From Auanema rhodensis (lineage: Eukaryota; Animalia; Nematoda): DNA of 64,000 nucleotides. Below are positions 41,901-56,600 of this stretch, one piece after another. The stretch's first letter is position 1, and the number at the start of each line of letters is the position of its first letter. The stretch lies in NCBI GenBank assembly GCA_964057225.1, contig OZ059900.1:18228001-18292000 (forward strand). The letters run 5' to 3'. The position numbers and the translations under genes were made by a program. Below the pieces are notes generated by a model. The model worked only from the letters and a program-made list of their open reading frames with translations, had not been told where the DNA came from and did no database searches.

Positions 41901-44900
41901 TCTGAGGGCACGCCCCTTATGGCTAATATTGATTAAATCGATTTTTGTTCATATGAGTCGTCAAATGCAACGAATTTCAGCGTGTTACATACTAAAATAA
42001 AGCATTTTACATGCTGAACACTAGAAAAATACAAAAACACAGTATTTCCCATGAGAAATATTTTATTATGCTGGAAAACCAGTTTTTGGAAATTTCGCTG
42101 TAAACAAGGTTTTGACTTACGATTTCATGTGTTCAAACTCATGCAATGTCAATGAAACCTAGCTCAAAATTGTTCGTACAACGTCTAGTTCCACTTTCAC
42201 GACAAAAAAACAGGGGTTAGAAAATTAAGGAAATTAGCATATTCTGAGGGCACGCCCTTTATGGCTAATATTGATTAAATCGATTTTTGTTCATATGAGT
42301 CGTCAAATGCAACGAATTTCAGCGTGTTACATACTAAAATGAAGCATTTTACATGCTGAACGCTAGAAAAATACAAAAACACAGTATTTCCCATGAGAAA
42401 TATTTTATTATGCTGGAAAACCAGTTTTTGGAAATTTCGCTGTAAACAAGGTTTTGACTTACGATTTCATGTGTTCAAACTCATGCAATGTCAATGAAAC
42501 CTAGCTCAAAATTGTTCCTACAACGTCTAGTTCCACTTTCACGACAAAAAAACAGGGGTTAGAAAATTAAGGAAATTAGCATATTCTGAGGGCACGCCCC
42601 TTATGGCTAATATTGATTAAATCGATTTTTGTTCATATGAGTCGTCAAATGCAACGAATTTCAGCGTGTTACATACTAAAATGAAGCATTTTACATGCTG
42701 AACACTAGAAAAATACAAAAACACAGTATTTCCCATGAGAAATATTTTATTATGCTGGAAAACCAGTTTTTGGAAATTTCGCTGTAAACAAGGTTTTGAC
42801 TTACGATTTCATGTGTTCAAACTCATGCAATGTCAATGAAACCTAGCTCAAAATTGTTCGTACAACGTCTAGTTCCACTTTCACGACAAAAAAACAGGGG
42901 TTAGAAAATTAAGGAAATTAGCATATTCTGAGGGCACGCCCCTTATGGCTAATATTGATTAAATCGATTTTTGTTCATATGAGTCGTCAAATGCAACGAA
43001 TTTCAGCGTGTCACATACTAAAATGAAGCATTTTACATGCTGAACGCTAGAAAAATACAAAAACACAGTATTTCCCATGAGAAATATTTTATTATGCTGG
43101 AAAACCAGTTTTTGGAAATTTCGCTGTAAACAAGGTTTTGACTTACGATTTCATGTGTTCAAACTCATGCAATGTCAATGAAACCTAGCTCAAAATTGTT
43201 CGTACAACGTCTAGTTCCACTTTCACGACAAAAAAACAGGGGTTAGAAAATTAAGGAATTTAGCATATTCTGAGAGCACGCCCTTTATGGCTAATATTGA
43301 TTAAATCGATTTTTGTTCATATGAGTCGTCAAATGCAACGAATTTCAGCATGTTACATACTAAAATGAAGCATTTTACATGCTGAACGCTAGAAAAATAC
43401 AAAAACACAGTATTACCCATGAGAAATATTTTATTATGCTGGAAAACCAGTTTTTGGAAATTTCGCTGTAAACAAGGTTTTGACTTACGATTTCATGTGT
43501 TCAAACTCATGCAATGTCAATGAAACCTAGCTCAAAATTGTTCCTACAACGTCTAGTTCCACTTTCACGACAAAAAAACAGGGGTTAGAAAATTAAGGAA
43601 ATTAGCATATTCTGAGGGCACGCCCTTTATGGCTAATATTGATTAAATCGATTTTTGTTCATATGAGTCGTCAAATGCAACGAATTTCAGCGTGTTACAT
43701 ACTAAAATGAAGCATTTTACATGCTGAACGCTAGAAAAATACAAAAACACAGTATTTCCCATGAGAAATATTTTATTATGCTGGAAAACCAGTTTTTGGA
43801 AATTTCGCTGTAAACAAGGTTTTGACTTACGATTTCATGTGTTCAAACTCATGCAATGTCAATGAAACCTAGCTCAAAATTGTTCCTACAACGTCTAGTT
43901 CCACTTTCACGACAAAAAAACAGGGGTTAGAAAATTAAGGAAATTAGCATATTCTGAGGGCACGCCCCTTATGGCTAATATTGATTAAATCGATTTTTGT
44001 TCATATGAGTCGTCAAATGCAACGAATTTCAGCGTGTTACATACTAAAATGAAGCATTTTATATGCTGAACACTAGAAAAATACAAAAACACAGTATTTC
44101 CCATGAGAAATATTTTATTATGCTGGAAAACCAGTTTTTGGAAATTTCGCTGTAAACAAGGTTTTGACTTACGATTTCATGTGTTCAAACTCATGCAATG
44201 TCAATGAAACCTAGCTCAAAATTGTTCGTACAACGTCTAGTTCCACTTTCACGACAAAAAAACAGGGGTTAGAAAATTAAGGAAATTAGCATATTCTGAG
44301 GGCACGCCCCTTATGGCTAATATTGATTAAATCGATTTTTGTTCATATGAGTCGTCAAATGCAACGAATTTCAGCGTGTCACATACTAAAATGAAGCATT
44401 TTACATGCTGAACGCTAGAAAAATACAAAAACACAGTATTTCCCATGAGAAATATTTTATTATGCTGGAAAACCAGTTTTTGGAAATTTCGCTGTAAACA
44501 AGGTTTTGACTTACGATTTCATGTGTTCAAACTCATGCAATGTCAATGAAACCTAGCTCAAAATTGTTCCTACAACGTCTAGTTCCACTTTCACGACAAA
44601 AAAACAGGGGTTAGAAAATTAAGGAAATTAGCATATTCTGAGAGCACGCCCTTTATGGCTAATATTGATTAAATCGATTTTTGTTCATATGAGTCGTCAA
44701 ATGCAACGAATTTCAGCGTGTTACATACTAAAATGAAGCATTTTACATGCTGAACACTAGAAAAATACAAAAACATAGTATTTCCCATGAGAAATATTTT
44801 ATTATGCTGGAAAACCAGTTTTTGGAAATTTCGCTGTAAACAAGGTTTTGACTTACGATTTCATGTGTTCAAACTCATGCAATGTCAATGAAACCTAGCT

Positions 44901-47900
44901 CAAAATTGTTCCTACAACGTCTAGTTCCACTTTCACGACAAAAAAACAGGGGTTAGAAAATTAAGGAAATTAGCATATTCTGAGGGCACGCCCTTTATGG
45001 CTAATATTGATTAAATCGATTTTTGTTCATATGAGTCGTCAAATGCAACGAATTTCAGCGTGTTACATACTAAAATGAAGCATTTCACATGCTGAACACT
45101 AGAAAAAAACAAAAAAACAGTATTTCCCATGAGAAATATTTTATTATGCTGGAAAACCAGTTTTTGGAAATTTCGCTGTAAACAAGGTTTTGACTTACGA
45201 TTTCATGTGTTCAAACTCATGCAATGTCAATGAACACCTAGCTCAAAATTGTTCGTACAACGTCTGGTTCCACTTTCACGACAAAAAAACAGGGGTTAGA
45301 AAATTAAGGAAATTAGCATATTCTGAGGGCACGCCCCTTATGGCTAATATTGATTAAATCGATTTTTGTTCATATGAGTCGTCAAATGCAACGAATTTCA
45401 GCGTGTTACATACTAAAATGAAGCATTTTGTATGCTGAACACTAGAAAAATACAAAAACATAGTATTTCCCATGAGAAATATTTTATTATGCTGGAAAAC
45501 CAGTTTTTGGAAATTTCGCTGTAAACAAGGTTTTGACTTACGATTTCATGTGTTCAAACTCATGCAATGTCAATGAAACCTAGCTCAAAATTGTTCGTAC
45601 AACGTCTAGTTCCACTTTCACGACAAAAAAACAGGGGTTAGAAAATTAAGGAAATTAGCATATTCTGAGGGCACGCCCCTTATGGCTAATATTGATTAAA
45701 TCGATTTTTGTTCATATGAGTCGTCAAATGCAACGAATTTCAGCGTGTTACATACTAAAATGAAGCATTTTACATGCTGAACACTAGAAAAATACAAAAA
45801 CACAGTATTTCCCATGAGAAATATTTTATTATGCTGGAAAACCAGTTTTTGGAAATTTCGCTGTAAACAAGGTTTTGACTTACGATTTCATGTGTTCAAA
45901 CTCATGCAATGTCAATGAAACCTAGCTCAAAATTGTTCGTACAACGTCTAGTTCCACTTTCACGACAAAAAAACAGGGGTTAGAAAATTAAGGAAATTAG
46001 CATATTCTGAGAGCACGCCCTTTATGGCTAATATTGATTAAATCGATTTTTGTTCATATGAGTCGTCAAATGCAACGAATTTCAGCGTGTTACATACTAA
46101 AATGAAGCATTTCACATGCTGAACGCTAGAAAAATACAAAAACACAGTATTACCCATGAGAAATATTTTATTATGCTGGAAAACCAGTTTTTGGAAATTT
46201 CGCTGTAAACAAGGTTTTGACTTACGATTTCATGTGTTCAAACTCATGCAATGTCAATGAAACCTAGCTCAAAATTGTTCCTACAACGTCTAGTTCCACT
46301 TTCACGACAAAAAAACAGGGGTTAGAAAATTAAGGAAATTAGCATATTCTGAGGGCACGCCCCTTATGGCTAATATTGATTAAATCGATTTTTGTTCATA
46401 TGAGTCGTCAAATGCAACGAATTTCAGCGTGTTACATACTAAAATGAAGCATTTTGTATGCTGAACACTAGAAAAATACAAAAACATAGTATTTCCCATG
46501 AGAAATATTTTATTATGCTGGAAAACCAGTTTTTGGAAATTTCGCTGTAAACAAGGTTTTGACTTACGATTTCATGTGTTCAAACTCATGCAATGTCAAT
46601 GAAACCTAGCTCAAAATTGTTCGTACAACGTCTAGTTCCACTTTCACGACAAAAAAACAGGGGTTAGAAAATTAAGGAAATTAGCATATTCTGAGGGCAC
46701 GCCCCTTATGGCTAATATTGATTAAATCGATTTTTGTTCATATGAGTCGTCAAATGCAACGAATTTCAGCGTGTTACATACTAAAATAAAGCATTTTACA
46801 TGCTGAACACTAGAAAAATACAAAAACACAGTATTTCCCATGAGAAATATTTTATTATGCTGGAAAACCAGTTTTTGGAAATTTCGCTGTAAACAAGGTT
46901 TTGACTTACGATTTCATGTGTTCAAACTCATGCAATGTCAATGAAACCTAGCTCAAAATTGTTCGTACAACGTCTAGTTCCACTTTCACGACAAAAAAAC
47001 AGGGGTTAGAAAATTAAGGAAATTAGCATATTCTGAGGGCACGCCCTTTATGGCTAATATTGATTAAATCGATTTTTGTTCATATGAGTCGTCAAATGCA
47101 ACGAATTTCAGCGTGTTACATACTAAAATGAAGCATTTTACATGCTGAACGCTAGAAAAATACAAAAACACAGTATTACCCATGAGAAATATTTTATTAT
47201 GCTGGAAAACCAGTTTTTGGAAATTTCGCTGTAAACAAGGTTTTGACTTACGATTTCATGTGTTCAAACTCATGCAATGTCAATGAAACCTAGCTCAAAA
47301 TTGTTCCTACAACGTCTAGTTCCACTTTCACGACAAAAAAACAGGGGTTAGAAAATTAAGGAAATTAGCATATTCTGAGGGCACGCCCCTTATGGCTAAT
47401 ATTGATTAAATCGATTTTTGTTCATATGAGTCGTCAAATGCAACGAATTTCAGCGTGTTACATACTAAAATGAAGCATTTTACATGCTGAACACTAGAAA
47501 AATACAAAAACACAGTATTTCCCATGAGAAATATTTTATTATGCTGGAAAACCAGTTTTTGGAAATTTCGCTGTAAACAAGGTTTTGACTTACGATTTCA
47601 TGTGTTCAAACTCATGCAATGTCAATGAAACCTAGCTCAAAATTGTTCGTACAACGTCTAGTTCCACTTTCACGACAAAAAAACAGGGGTTAGAAAATTA
47701 AGGAAATTAGCATATTCTGAGGGCACGCCCCTTATGGCTAATATTGATTAAATCGATTTTTGTTCATATGAGTCGTCAAATGCAACGAATTTCAGCGTGT
47801 CACATACTAAAATGAAGCATTTTACATGCTGAACGCTAGAAAAATACAAAAACACAGTATTTCCCATGAGAAATATTTTATTATGCTGGAAAACCAGTTT

Positions 47901-48226
47901 TTGGAAATTTCGCTGTAAACAAGGTTTTGACTTACGATTTCATGTGTTCAAACTCATGCAATGTCAATGAAACCTAGCTCAAAATTGTTCGTACAACGTC
48001 TAGTTCCACTTTCACGACAAAAAAACAGGGGTTAGAAAATTAAGGAATTTAGCATATTCTGAGAGCACGCCCTTTATGGCTAATATTGATTAAATCGATT
48101 TTTGTTCATATGAGTCGTCAAATGCAACGAATTTCAGCATGTTACATACTAAAATGAAGCATTTTACATGCTGAACGCTAGAAAAATACAAAAACACAGT
48201 ATTACCCATGAGAAATATTTTATTAT
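38992..48226. repeat. Subfamily domain of the satellite (M115-M141) with private variants
   Basis: G180A, A293G, lone T320A, AC282-283GT, C313T, T259C, A164T and G255A were seen only in this interval. Confidence 0.88.
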
Positions 48227-50278
48227 GCTGGAAAACCAGTTTTTGGAAATTTCGCTGTAAACAAGGTTTTGACTTACGATTTCATGTGTTCAAACTCATG
48301 CAATGTCAATGAAACCTAGCTCAAAATTGTTCCTACAACGTCTAGTTCCACTTTCACGACAAAAAAACAGGGGTTAGAAAATTAAGGAAATTAGCATATT
48401 CTGAGGGCACGCCCCTTATGGCTAATATTGATTAAATCGATTTTTGTTCATATGAGTCGTCAAATGCAACGAATTTCAGCGTGTTACATACTAAAATGAA
48501 GCATTTTACATGCTGAACACTAGAAAAATACAAAAACACAGTATTTCCCATGAGAAATATTTTATTATGCTGGAAAACCAGTTTTTGGAAATTTCGCTGT
48601 AAACAAGGTTTTGACTTACGATTTCATGTGTTCAAACTCATGCAATGTCAATGAAACCTAGCTCAAAATTGTTCGTACAACGTCTAGTTCCACTTTCACG
48701 ACAAAAAAACAGGGGTTAGAAAATTAAGGAAATTAGCATATTCTGAGGGCACGCCCCTTATGGCTAATATTGATTAAATCGATTTTTGTTCATATGAGTC
48801 GTCAAATGCAACGAATTTCAGCGTGTTACGTACTAAAATGAAGCATTTTACATGCTGAACACTAGAAAAATACAAAAACACAGTATTTCTCATGAGAAAT
48901 ATTTTATTATGCTGGAAAACCAGTTTTTGGAAATTTCGCTGTAAACAAGGTTTTGACTTACGATTTCATGTGTTCAAACTCATGCAATGTCAATGAAACC
49001 TAGCTCAAAATTGTTCCTACAACGTCTAGTTCCACTTTCACGACAAAAAAACAGGGGTTAGAAAATTAAGGAAATTAGCATATTCTGAGGGCACGCCCTT
49101 TATGGCTAATATTGATTAAATCGATTTTTGTTCATATGAGTCGTCAAATGCAACGAATTTCAGCGTGTTACATACTAAAATGAAGCATTTTACATGCTGA
49201 ACACTAGAAAAATACAAAAACACAGTATTTCCCATGAGAAATATTTTATTATGCTGGAAAACCAGTTTTTGGAAATTTCGCTGTAAACAAGGTTTTGACT
49301 TACGATTTCATGTGTTCAAACTCATGCAATGTCAATGAAACCTAGCTCAAAATTGTTCCTACAACGTCTAGTTCCACTTTCACGACAAAAAAACAGGGGT
49401 TAGAAAATTAAGGAAATTAGCATATTCTGAGGGCACGCCCCTTATGGCTAATATTGATTAAATCGATTTTTGTTCATATGAGTCGTCAAATGCAACGAAT
49501 TTCAGCGTGTTACGTACTAAAATGAAGCATTTTACATGCTGAACACTAGAAAAATACAAAAACACAGTATTTCTCATGAGAAATATTTTATTATGCTGGA
49601 AAACCAGTTTTTGGAAATTTCGCTGTAAACAAGGTTTTGACTTACGATTTCATGTGTTCAAACTCATGCAATGTCAATGAAACCTAGCTCAAAATTGTTC
49701 CTACAACGTCTAGTTCCACTTTCACGACAAAAAAACAGGGGTTAGAAAATTAAGGAAATTAGCATATTCTGAGGGCACGCCCTTTATGGCTAATATTGAT
49801 TAAATCGATTTTTGTTCATATGAGTCGTCAAATGCAACGAATTTCAGCGTGTTACATACTAAAATGAAGCATTTTACATGCTGAACACTAGAAAAATACA
49901 AAAACACAGTATTTCCCATGAGAAATATTTTATTATGCTGGAAAACCAGTTTTTGGAAATTTCGCTGTAAACAAGGTTTTGACTTACGATTTCATGTGTT
50001 CAAACTCATGCAATGTCAATGAAACCTAGCTCAAAATTGTTCGTACAACGTCTAGTTCCACTTTCACGACAAAAAAACAGGGGTTAGAAAATTAAGGAAA
50101 TTAGCATATTCTGAGGGCACGCCCCTTATGGCTAATATTGATTAAATCGATTTTTGTTCATATGAGTCGTCAAATGCAACGAATTTCAGCGTGTTACATA
50201 CTAAAATGAAGCATTTTACATGCTGAACACTAGAAAAATACAAAAACACAGTATTTCCCATGAGAATAATTTTATTAT

Positions 50279-52330
50279 GCTGGAAAACCAGTTTTTGGAA
50301 ATTTCGCTGTAAACAAGGTTTTGACTTACGATTTCATGTGTTCAAACTCATGCAATGTCAATGAAACCTAGCTCAAAATTGTTCGTACAACGTCTAGTTC
50401 CACTTTCACGACAAAAAAACAGGGGTTAGAAAATTAAGGAAATTAGCATATTCTGAGGGCACGCCCCTTATGGCTAATATTGATTAAATCGATTTTTGTT
50501 CATATGAGTCGTCAAATGCAACGAATTTCAGCGTGTTACATACTAAAATGAAGCATTTTACATGCTGAACACTAGAAAAATACAAAAACACAGTATTTCC
50601 CATGAGAAATATTTTATTATGCTGGAAAACCAGTTTTTGGAAATTTCGCTGTAAACAAGGTTTTGACTTACGATTTCATGTGTTCAAACTCATGCAATGT
50701 CAATGAAACCTAGCTCAAAATTGTTCGTACAACGACTAGTTCCACTTTCACGACAAAAAAACAGGGGTTAGAAAATTAAGGAAATTAGCATATTCTGAGG
50801 GCACGCCCCTTATGGCTAATATTGATTAAATCGATTTTTGTTCATATGAGTCGTCAAATGCAACGAATTTCAGCGTGTTACATACTAAAATGAAGCATTT
50901 TACATGCTGAGCACTAGAAAAATACAAAAACACAGTATTTCCCATGAGAAATATTTTATTATGCTGGAAAACCAGTTTTTGAAAATTTCGCTGTAAACAA
51001 GGTTTTGACTTACGATTTCATGTGTTCAAACTCATGCAATGTCAATGAAACCTAGCTCAAAATTGTTCCTACAACGTCTAGTTCCACTTTCACGACAAAA
51101 AAACAGGGGTTAGAAAATTAAGGAAATTAGCATATTCTGAGGGCACGCCCCTTATGGCTAATATTGATTAAATCGATTTTTGTTCATATGAGTCGTCAAA
51201 TGCAACGAATTTCAGCGTGTTACATACTAAAATGAAGCATTTTACATGCTGAACACTAGAAAAATACAAAAACACAGTATTTCCCATGAGAAATATTTTA
51301 TTATGCTGGAAAACCAGTTTTTGGAAATTTCGCTGTAAACAAGGTTTTGACTTACGATTTCATGTGTTCAAACTCATGCAATGTCAATGAAACCTAGCTC
51401 AAAATTGTTCGTACAACGTCTAGTTCCACTTTCACGACAAAAAAACAGGGGTTAGAAAATTAAGGAAATTAGCATATTCTGAGGGCACGCCCCTTATGGC
51501 TAATATTGATTAAATCGATTTTTGTTCATATGAGTCGTCAAATGCAACGAATTTCAGCGTGTTACATACTAAAATGAAGCATTTTACATGCTGAACACTA
51601 GAAAAATACAAAAACACAGTATTTCCCATGAGAAATATTTTATTATGCTGGAAAACCAGTTTTTGGAAATTTCGCTGTAAACAAGGTTTTGACTTACGAT
51701 TTCATGTGTTCAAACTCATGCAATGTCAATGAAACCTAGCTCAAAATTGTTCGTACAACGACTAGTTCCACTTTCACGACAAAAAAACAGGGGTTAGAAA
51801 ATTAAGGAAATTAGCATATTCTGAGGGCACGCCCCTTATGGCTAATATTGATTAAATCGATTTTTGTTCATATGAGTCGTCAAATGCAACGAATTTCAGC
51901 GTGTTACATACTAAAATGAAGCATTTTACATGCTGAGCACTAGAAAAATACAAAAACACAGTATTTCCCATGAGAAATATTTTATTATGCTGGAAAACCA
52001 GTTTTTGAAAATTTCGCTGTAAACAAGGTTTTGACTTACGATTTCATGTGTTCAAACTCATGCAATGTCAATGAAACCTAGCTCAAAATTGTTCCTACAA
52101 CGTCTAGTTCCACTTTCACGACAAAAAAACAGGGGTTAGAAAATTAAGGAAATTAGCATATTCTGAGGGCACGCCCCTTATGGCTAATATTGATTAAATC
52201 GATTTTTGTTCATATGAGTCGTCAAATGCAACGAATTTCAGCGTGTTACATACTAAAATGAAGCATTTTACATGCTGAACACTAGAAAAATACAAAAACA
52301 CAGTATTTCCCATGAGAAATATTTTATTAT
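50279..52330. repeat. 3-monomer (1,026 bp) tandem duplication (M148-150 = M151-153)
   Basis: The series consensus / T115A+A291G / G20A+G107C occurs twice. A291G was seen only at 50911 and 51937. Confidence 0.88.
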
Positions 52331-53698
52331 GCTGGAAAACCAGTTTTTGGAAATTTCGCTGTAAACAAGGTTTTGACTTACGATTTCATGTGTTCAAACT
52401 CATGCAATGTCAATGAAACCTAGCTCAAAATTGTTCGTACAACGTCTAGTTCCACTTTCACGACAAAAAAACAGGGGTTAGAAAATTAAGGAAATTAGCA
52501 TATTCTGAGGGCACGCCCCTTATGGCTAATATTGATTAAATCGATTTTTGTTCATATGAGTCGTCAAATGCAACGAATTTCAGCGTGTTACATACTAAAA
52601 TGAAGCATTTTACATGCTGAACACTAGAAAAATACAAAAACACAGTATTTCCCATGAGAAATATTTTATTATGCTGGAAAACCAGTTTTTGGAAATTTCG
52701 CTGTAAACAAGGTTTTGACTTACGATTTCATGTGTTCAAACTCATGCAATGTCAATGAAACCTAGCTCAAAATTGTTCCTACAACGTCTAGTTCCACTTT
52801 CACGACAAAAAAACAGGGGTTAGAAAATTAAGGAAATTAGCATATTCTGAGGGCACGCCCTTTATGGCTAATATTGATTAAATCGATTTTTGTTCATATG
52901 AGTCGTCAAATGCAACGAATTTCAGCGTGTTACATACTAAAATGAAGCATTTCACATGCTGAACACTAGAAAAATACAAAAACACAGTATTTCCCATGAG
53001 AAATATTTTATTATGCTGGAAAACCAGTTTTTGGAAATTTCGCTGTAAACAAGGTTTTGACTTACGATTTCATGTGTTCAAACTCATGCAATGTCAATGA
53101 AACCTAGCTCAAAATTGTTCCTACAACGTCTAGTTCCACTTTCACGACAAAAAAACAGGGGTTAGAAAATTAAGGAAATTAGCATATTCTGAGGGCACGC
53201 CCTTTATGGCTAATATTGATTAAATCGATTTTTGTTCATATGAGTCGTCAAATGCAACGAATTTCAGCGTGTTACATACTAAAATGAAGCATTTCACATG
53301 CTGAACACTAGAAAAATACAAAAACACAGTATTTCCCATGAGAAATATTTTATTATGCTGGAAAACCAGTTTTTGGAAATTTCGCTGTAAACAAGGTTTT
53401 GACTTACGATTTCATGTGTTCAAACTCATGCAATGTCAATGAAACCTAGCTCAAAATTGTTCGTACAACGTCTGGTTCCACTTTCACGACAAAAAAACAG
53501 GGGTTAGAAAATTAAGGAAATTAGCATATTCTGAGGGCACGCCCCTTATGGCTAATATTGATTAAATCGATTTTTGTTCATATGAGTCGTCAAATGCAAC
53601 GAATTTCAGCGTGTTACATACTAAAATGAAGCATTTTACATGCTGAACACTAGAAAAATACAAAAACACAGTATTTCCCATGAGAAATATTTTATTAT

Positions 53699-56600
53699 GC
53701 TGGAAAACCAGTTTTTGGAAATTTCGCTGTAAACAAGGTTTTGACTTACGATTTCATGTGTTCAAACTCATGCAATGTCAATGAAACCTAGCTCAAAATT
53801 GTTCGTACAACGTCTAGTTCCACTTTCACGACAAAAAAACAGGGGTTAGAAAATTAAGGAAATTAGCATATTCTGAGGGCACGCCCCCTTATGGCTAATA
53901 TTGATTAAATCGATTTTTGTTCATATGAGTCGTCAAATGCAACGAATTTCAGCGTGTTACATACTAAAATGAAGCATTTTACATGCTGAACACTAGAAAA
54001 ATACAAAAACACAGTATTTCCCATGAGAAATATTTTATTATGCTGGAAAACCAGTTTTTGGAAATTTCGCTGTAAACAAGGTTTTGACTTACGATTTCAT
54101 GTGTTTAAACTCATGCAATGTCAATGAAACCTAGCTCAAAATTGTTAATACAATGTCTAGTTCCACTTTCACGACAAAAAAACAGGGGTTAGAAAATTAA
54201 GGAAATTAGCATATTCTGAGGGCACGCCCCTTATGGCTAATATTGATTAAATCGATTTTTGTTCATATGAGTCGTCAAATGCAACGAATTTCAGCGTGTT
54301 ACATACTAAAATGAAGCATTTTACATGCTGAACACTAGAAAAATACAAAAACACAGTATTTCCCATGAGAAATATTTTATTATGCTGGAAAACCAGTTTT
54401 TGGAAATTTCGCTGTAAACAAGGTTTTGACTTACGATTTCATGTGTTCAAACTCATGCAATGTCAATGAAACCCAGCTCAAAATTGTTCGTTCAACGTCT
54501 AGTTCCACTTTCACGACAAAAAAACAGGGGTTAGAAAATTAAGGAAATTAGCATATTCTAAGGGCACGCCCCTTATGGCTAATATTGATTAAATCGATTT
54601 TTGTTCATATGAGTCGTCAAATGCAACGAATTTCAGCGTGTTACATACTAAAATGAAGCATTTTACATGCTGAACACTAGAAAAATACAAAAACACAGTA
54701 TTTCCCATGAGAAATATTTTATTATGCTGGAAAACCAGTTTTTGGAAATTTCGCTGTAAACAAGGTTTTGACTTACGATTTCATGTGTTCAAACTCATGC
54801 AATGTCAATGAAACCTAGCTCAAAATTGTTCGTACAACGTCTAGTTCCACTTTCACGACAAAAAAACAGGGGTTAGAAAATTAAGGAAATTAGCATATTC
54901 TGAGGGCACGCCCCTTATGGCTAATATTGATTAAATCGAGTTTTGTTCATATGAGTCGTCAAATGCAACGAATTTCAGCGTGTTACATACTAAAATGAAG
55001 CATTTTACATGCTGAACACTAGAAAAATACAAAAATACAGTATTTCCCATGAGAAATATTTTATTATGCTGGAAAACCAGTTTTTGAAAATATCGCTGTA
55101 AACAAGGTTTTGACTTACGATTTCATGTGTTCAAACTCATGCAATGTCAATGAAACCTAGCTCAAAATTGTTCCTACAACGTCTAGTTCCACTTTCACGA
55201 CAAAAAAACAGGGGTTAGAAAATTAAGGAAATTAGCATATTCTGAGGGCACGCCCCTTATGGCTAATATTGATTAAATCGATTTTTGTTCATATGAGTCG
55301 TCAAATGCAACGAATTTCAGCGTGTTACATACTAAAATGAAGCATTTTACATGCTGAACACTAGAAAAATACAAAAACACAGTATTTCCCATGAGAAATA
55401 TTTTATTATGCTGGAAAACCAGTTTTTGGAAATTTCGCTGTAAACAAGGTTTTGACTTACGATTTCATGTGTTCAAACTCATGCAATGTCAATGAAACCT
55501 AGCTCAAAATTGTTCCTACAACGTCTAGTTCCACTTTCACGACAAAAAAACAGGGGTTAGAAAATTAAGGAAATTAGCATATTCTGAGGGCACGCCCTTT
55601 ATGGCTAATATTGATTAAATCGATTTTTGTTCATATGAGTCGTCAAATGCAACGAATTTCAGCGTGTTACATACTAAAATGAAGCATTTCACATGCTGAA
55701 CACTAGAAAAATACAAAAACACAGTATTTCCCATGAGAAATATTTTATTATGCTGGAAAACCAGTTTTTGGAAATTTCGCTGTAAACAAGGTTTTGACTT
55801 ACGATTTCATGTGTTCAAACTCATGCAATGTCAATGAAACCTAGCTCAAAATTGTTCGTACAACGTCTAGTTCCACTTTCACGACAAAAAAACAGGGGTT
55901 AGAAAATTAAGGAAATTAGCATATTCTGAGGGCACGCCCCCTTATGGCTAATATTGATTAAATCGATTTTTGTTCATATGAGTCGTCAAATGCAACGAAT
56001 TTCAGCGTGTTACATACTAAAATGAAGCATTTTACATGCTGAACACTAGAAAAATACAAAAACACAGTATTTCCCATGAGAAATATTTTATTATGCTGGA
56101 AAACCAGTTTTTGGAAATTTCGCTGTAAACAAGGTTTTGACTTACGATTTCATGTGTTTAAACTCATGCAATGTCAATGAAACCTAGCTCAAAATTGTTA
56201 ATACAATGTCTAGTTCCACTTTCACGACAAAAAAACAGGGGTTAGAAAATTAAGGAAATTAGCATATTCTGAGGGCACGCCCCTTATGGCTAATATTGAT
56301 TAAATCGATTTTTGTTCATATGAGTCGTCAAATGCAACGAATTTCAGCGTGTTACATACTAAAATGAAGCATTTTACATGCTGAACACTAGAAAAATACA
56401 AAAACACAGTATTTCCCATGAGAAATATTTTATTATGCTGGAAAACCAGTTTTTGGAAATTTCGCTGTAAACAAGGTTTTGACTTACGATTTCATGTGTT
56501 CAAACTCATGCAATGTCAATGAAACCCAGCTCAAAATTGTTCGTTCAACGTCTAGTTCCACTTTCACGACAAAAAAACAGGGGTTAGAAAATTAAGGAAA

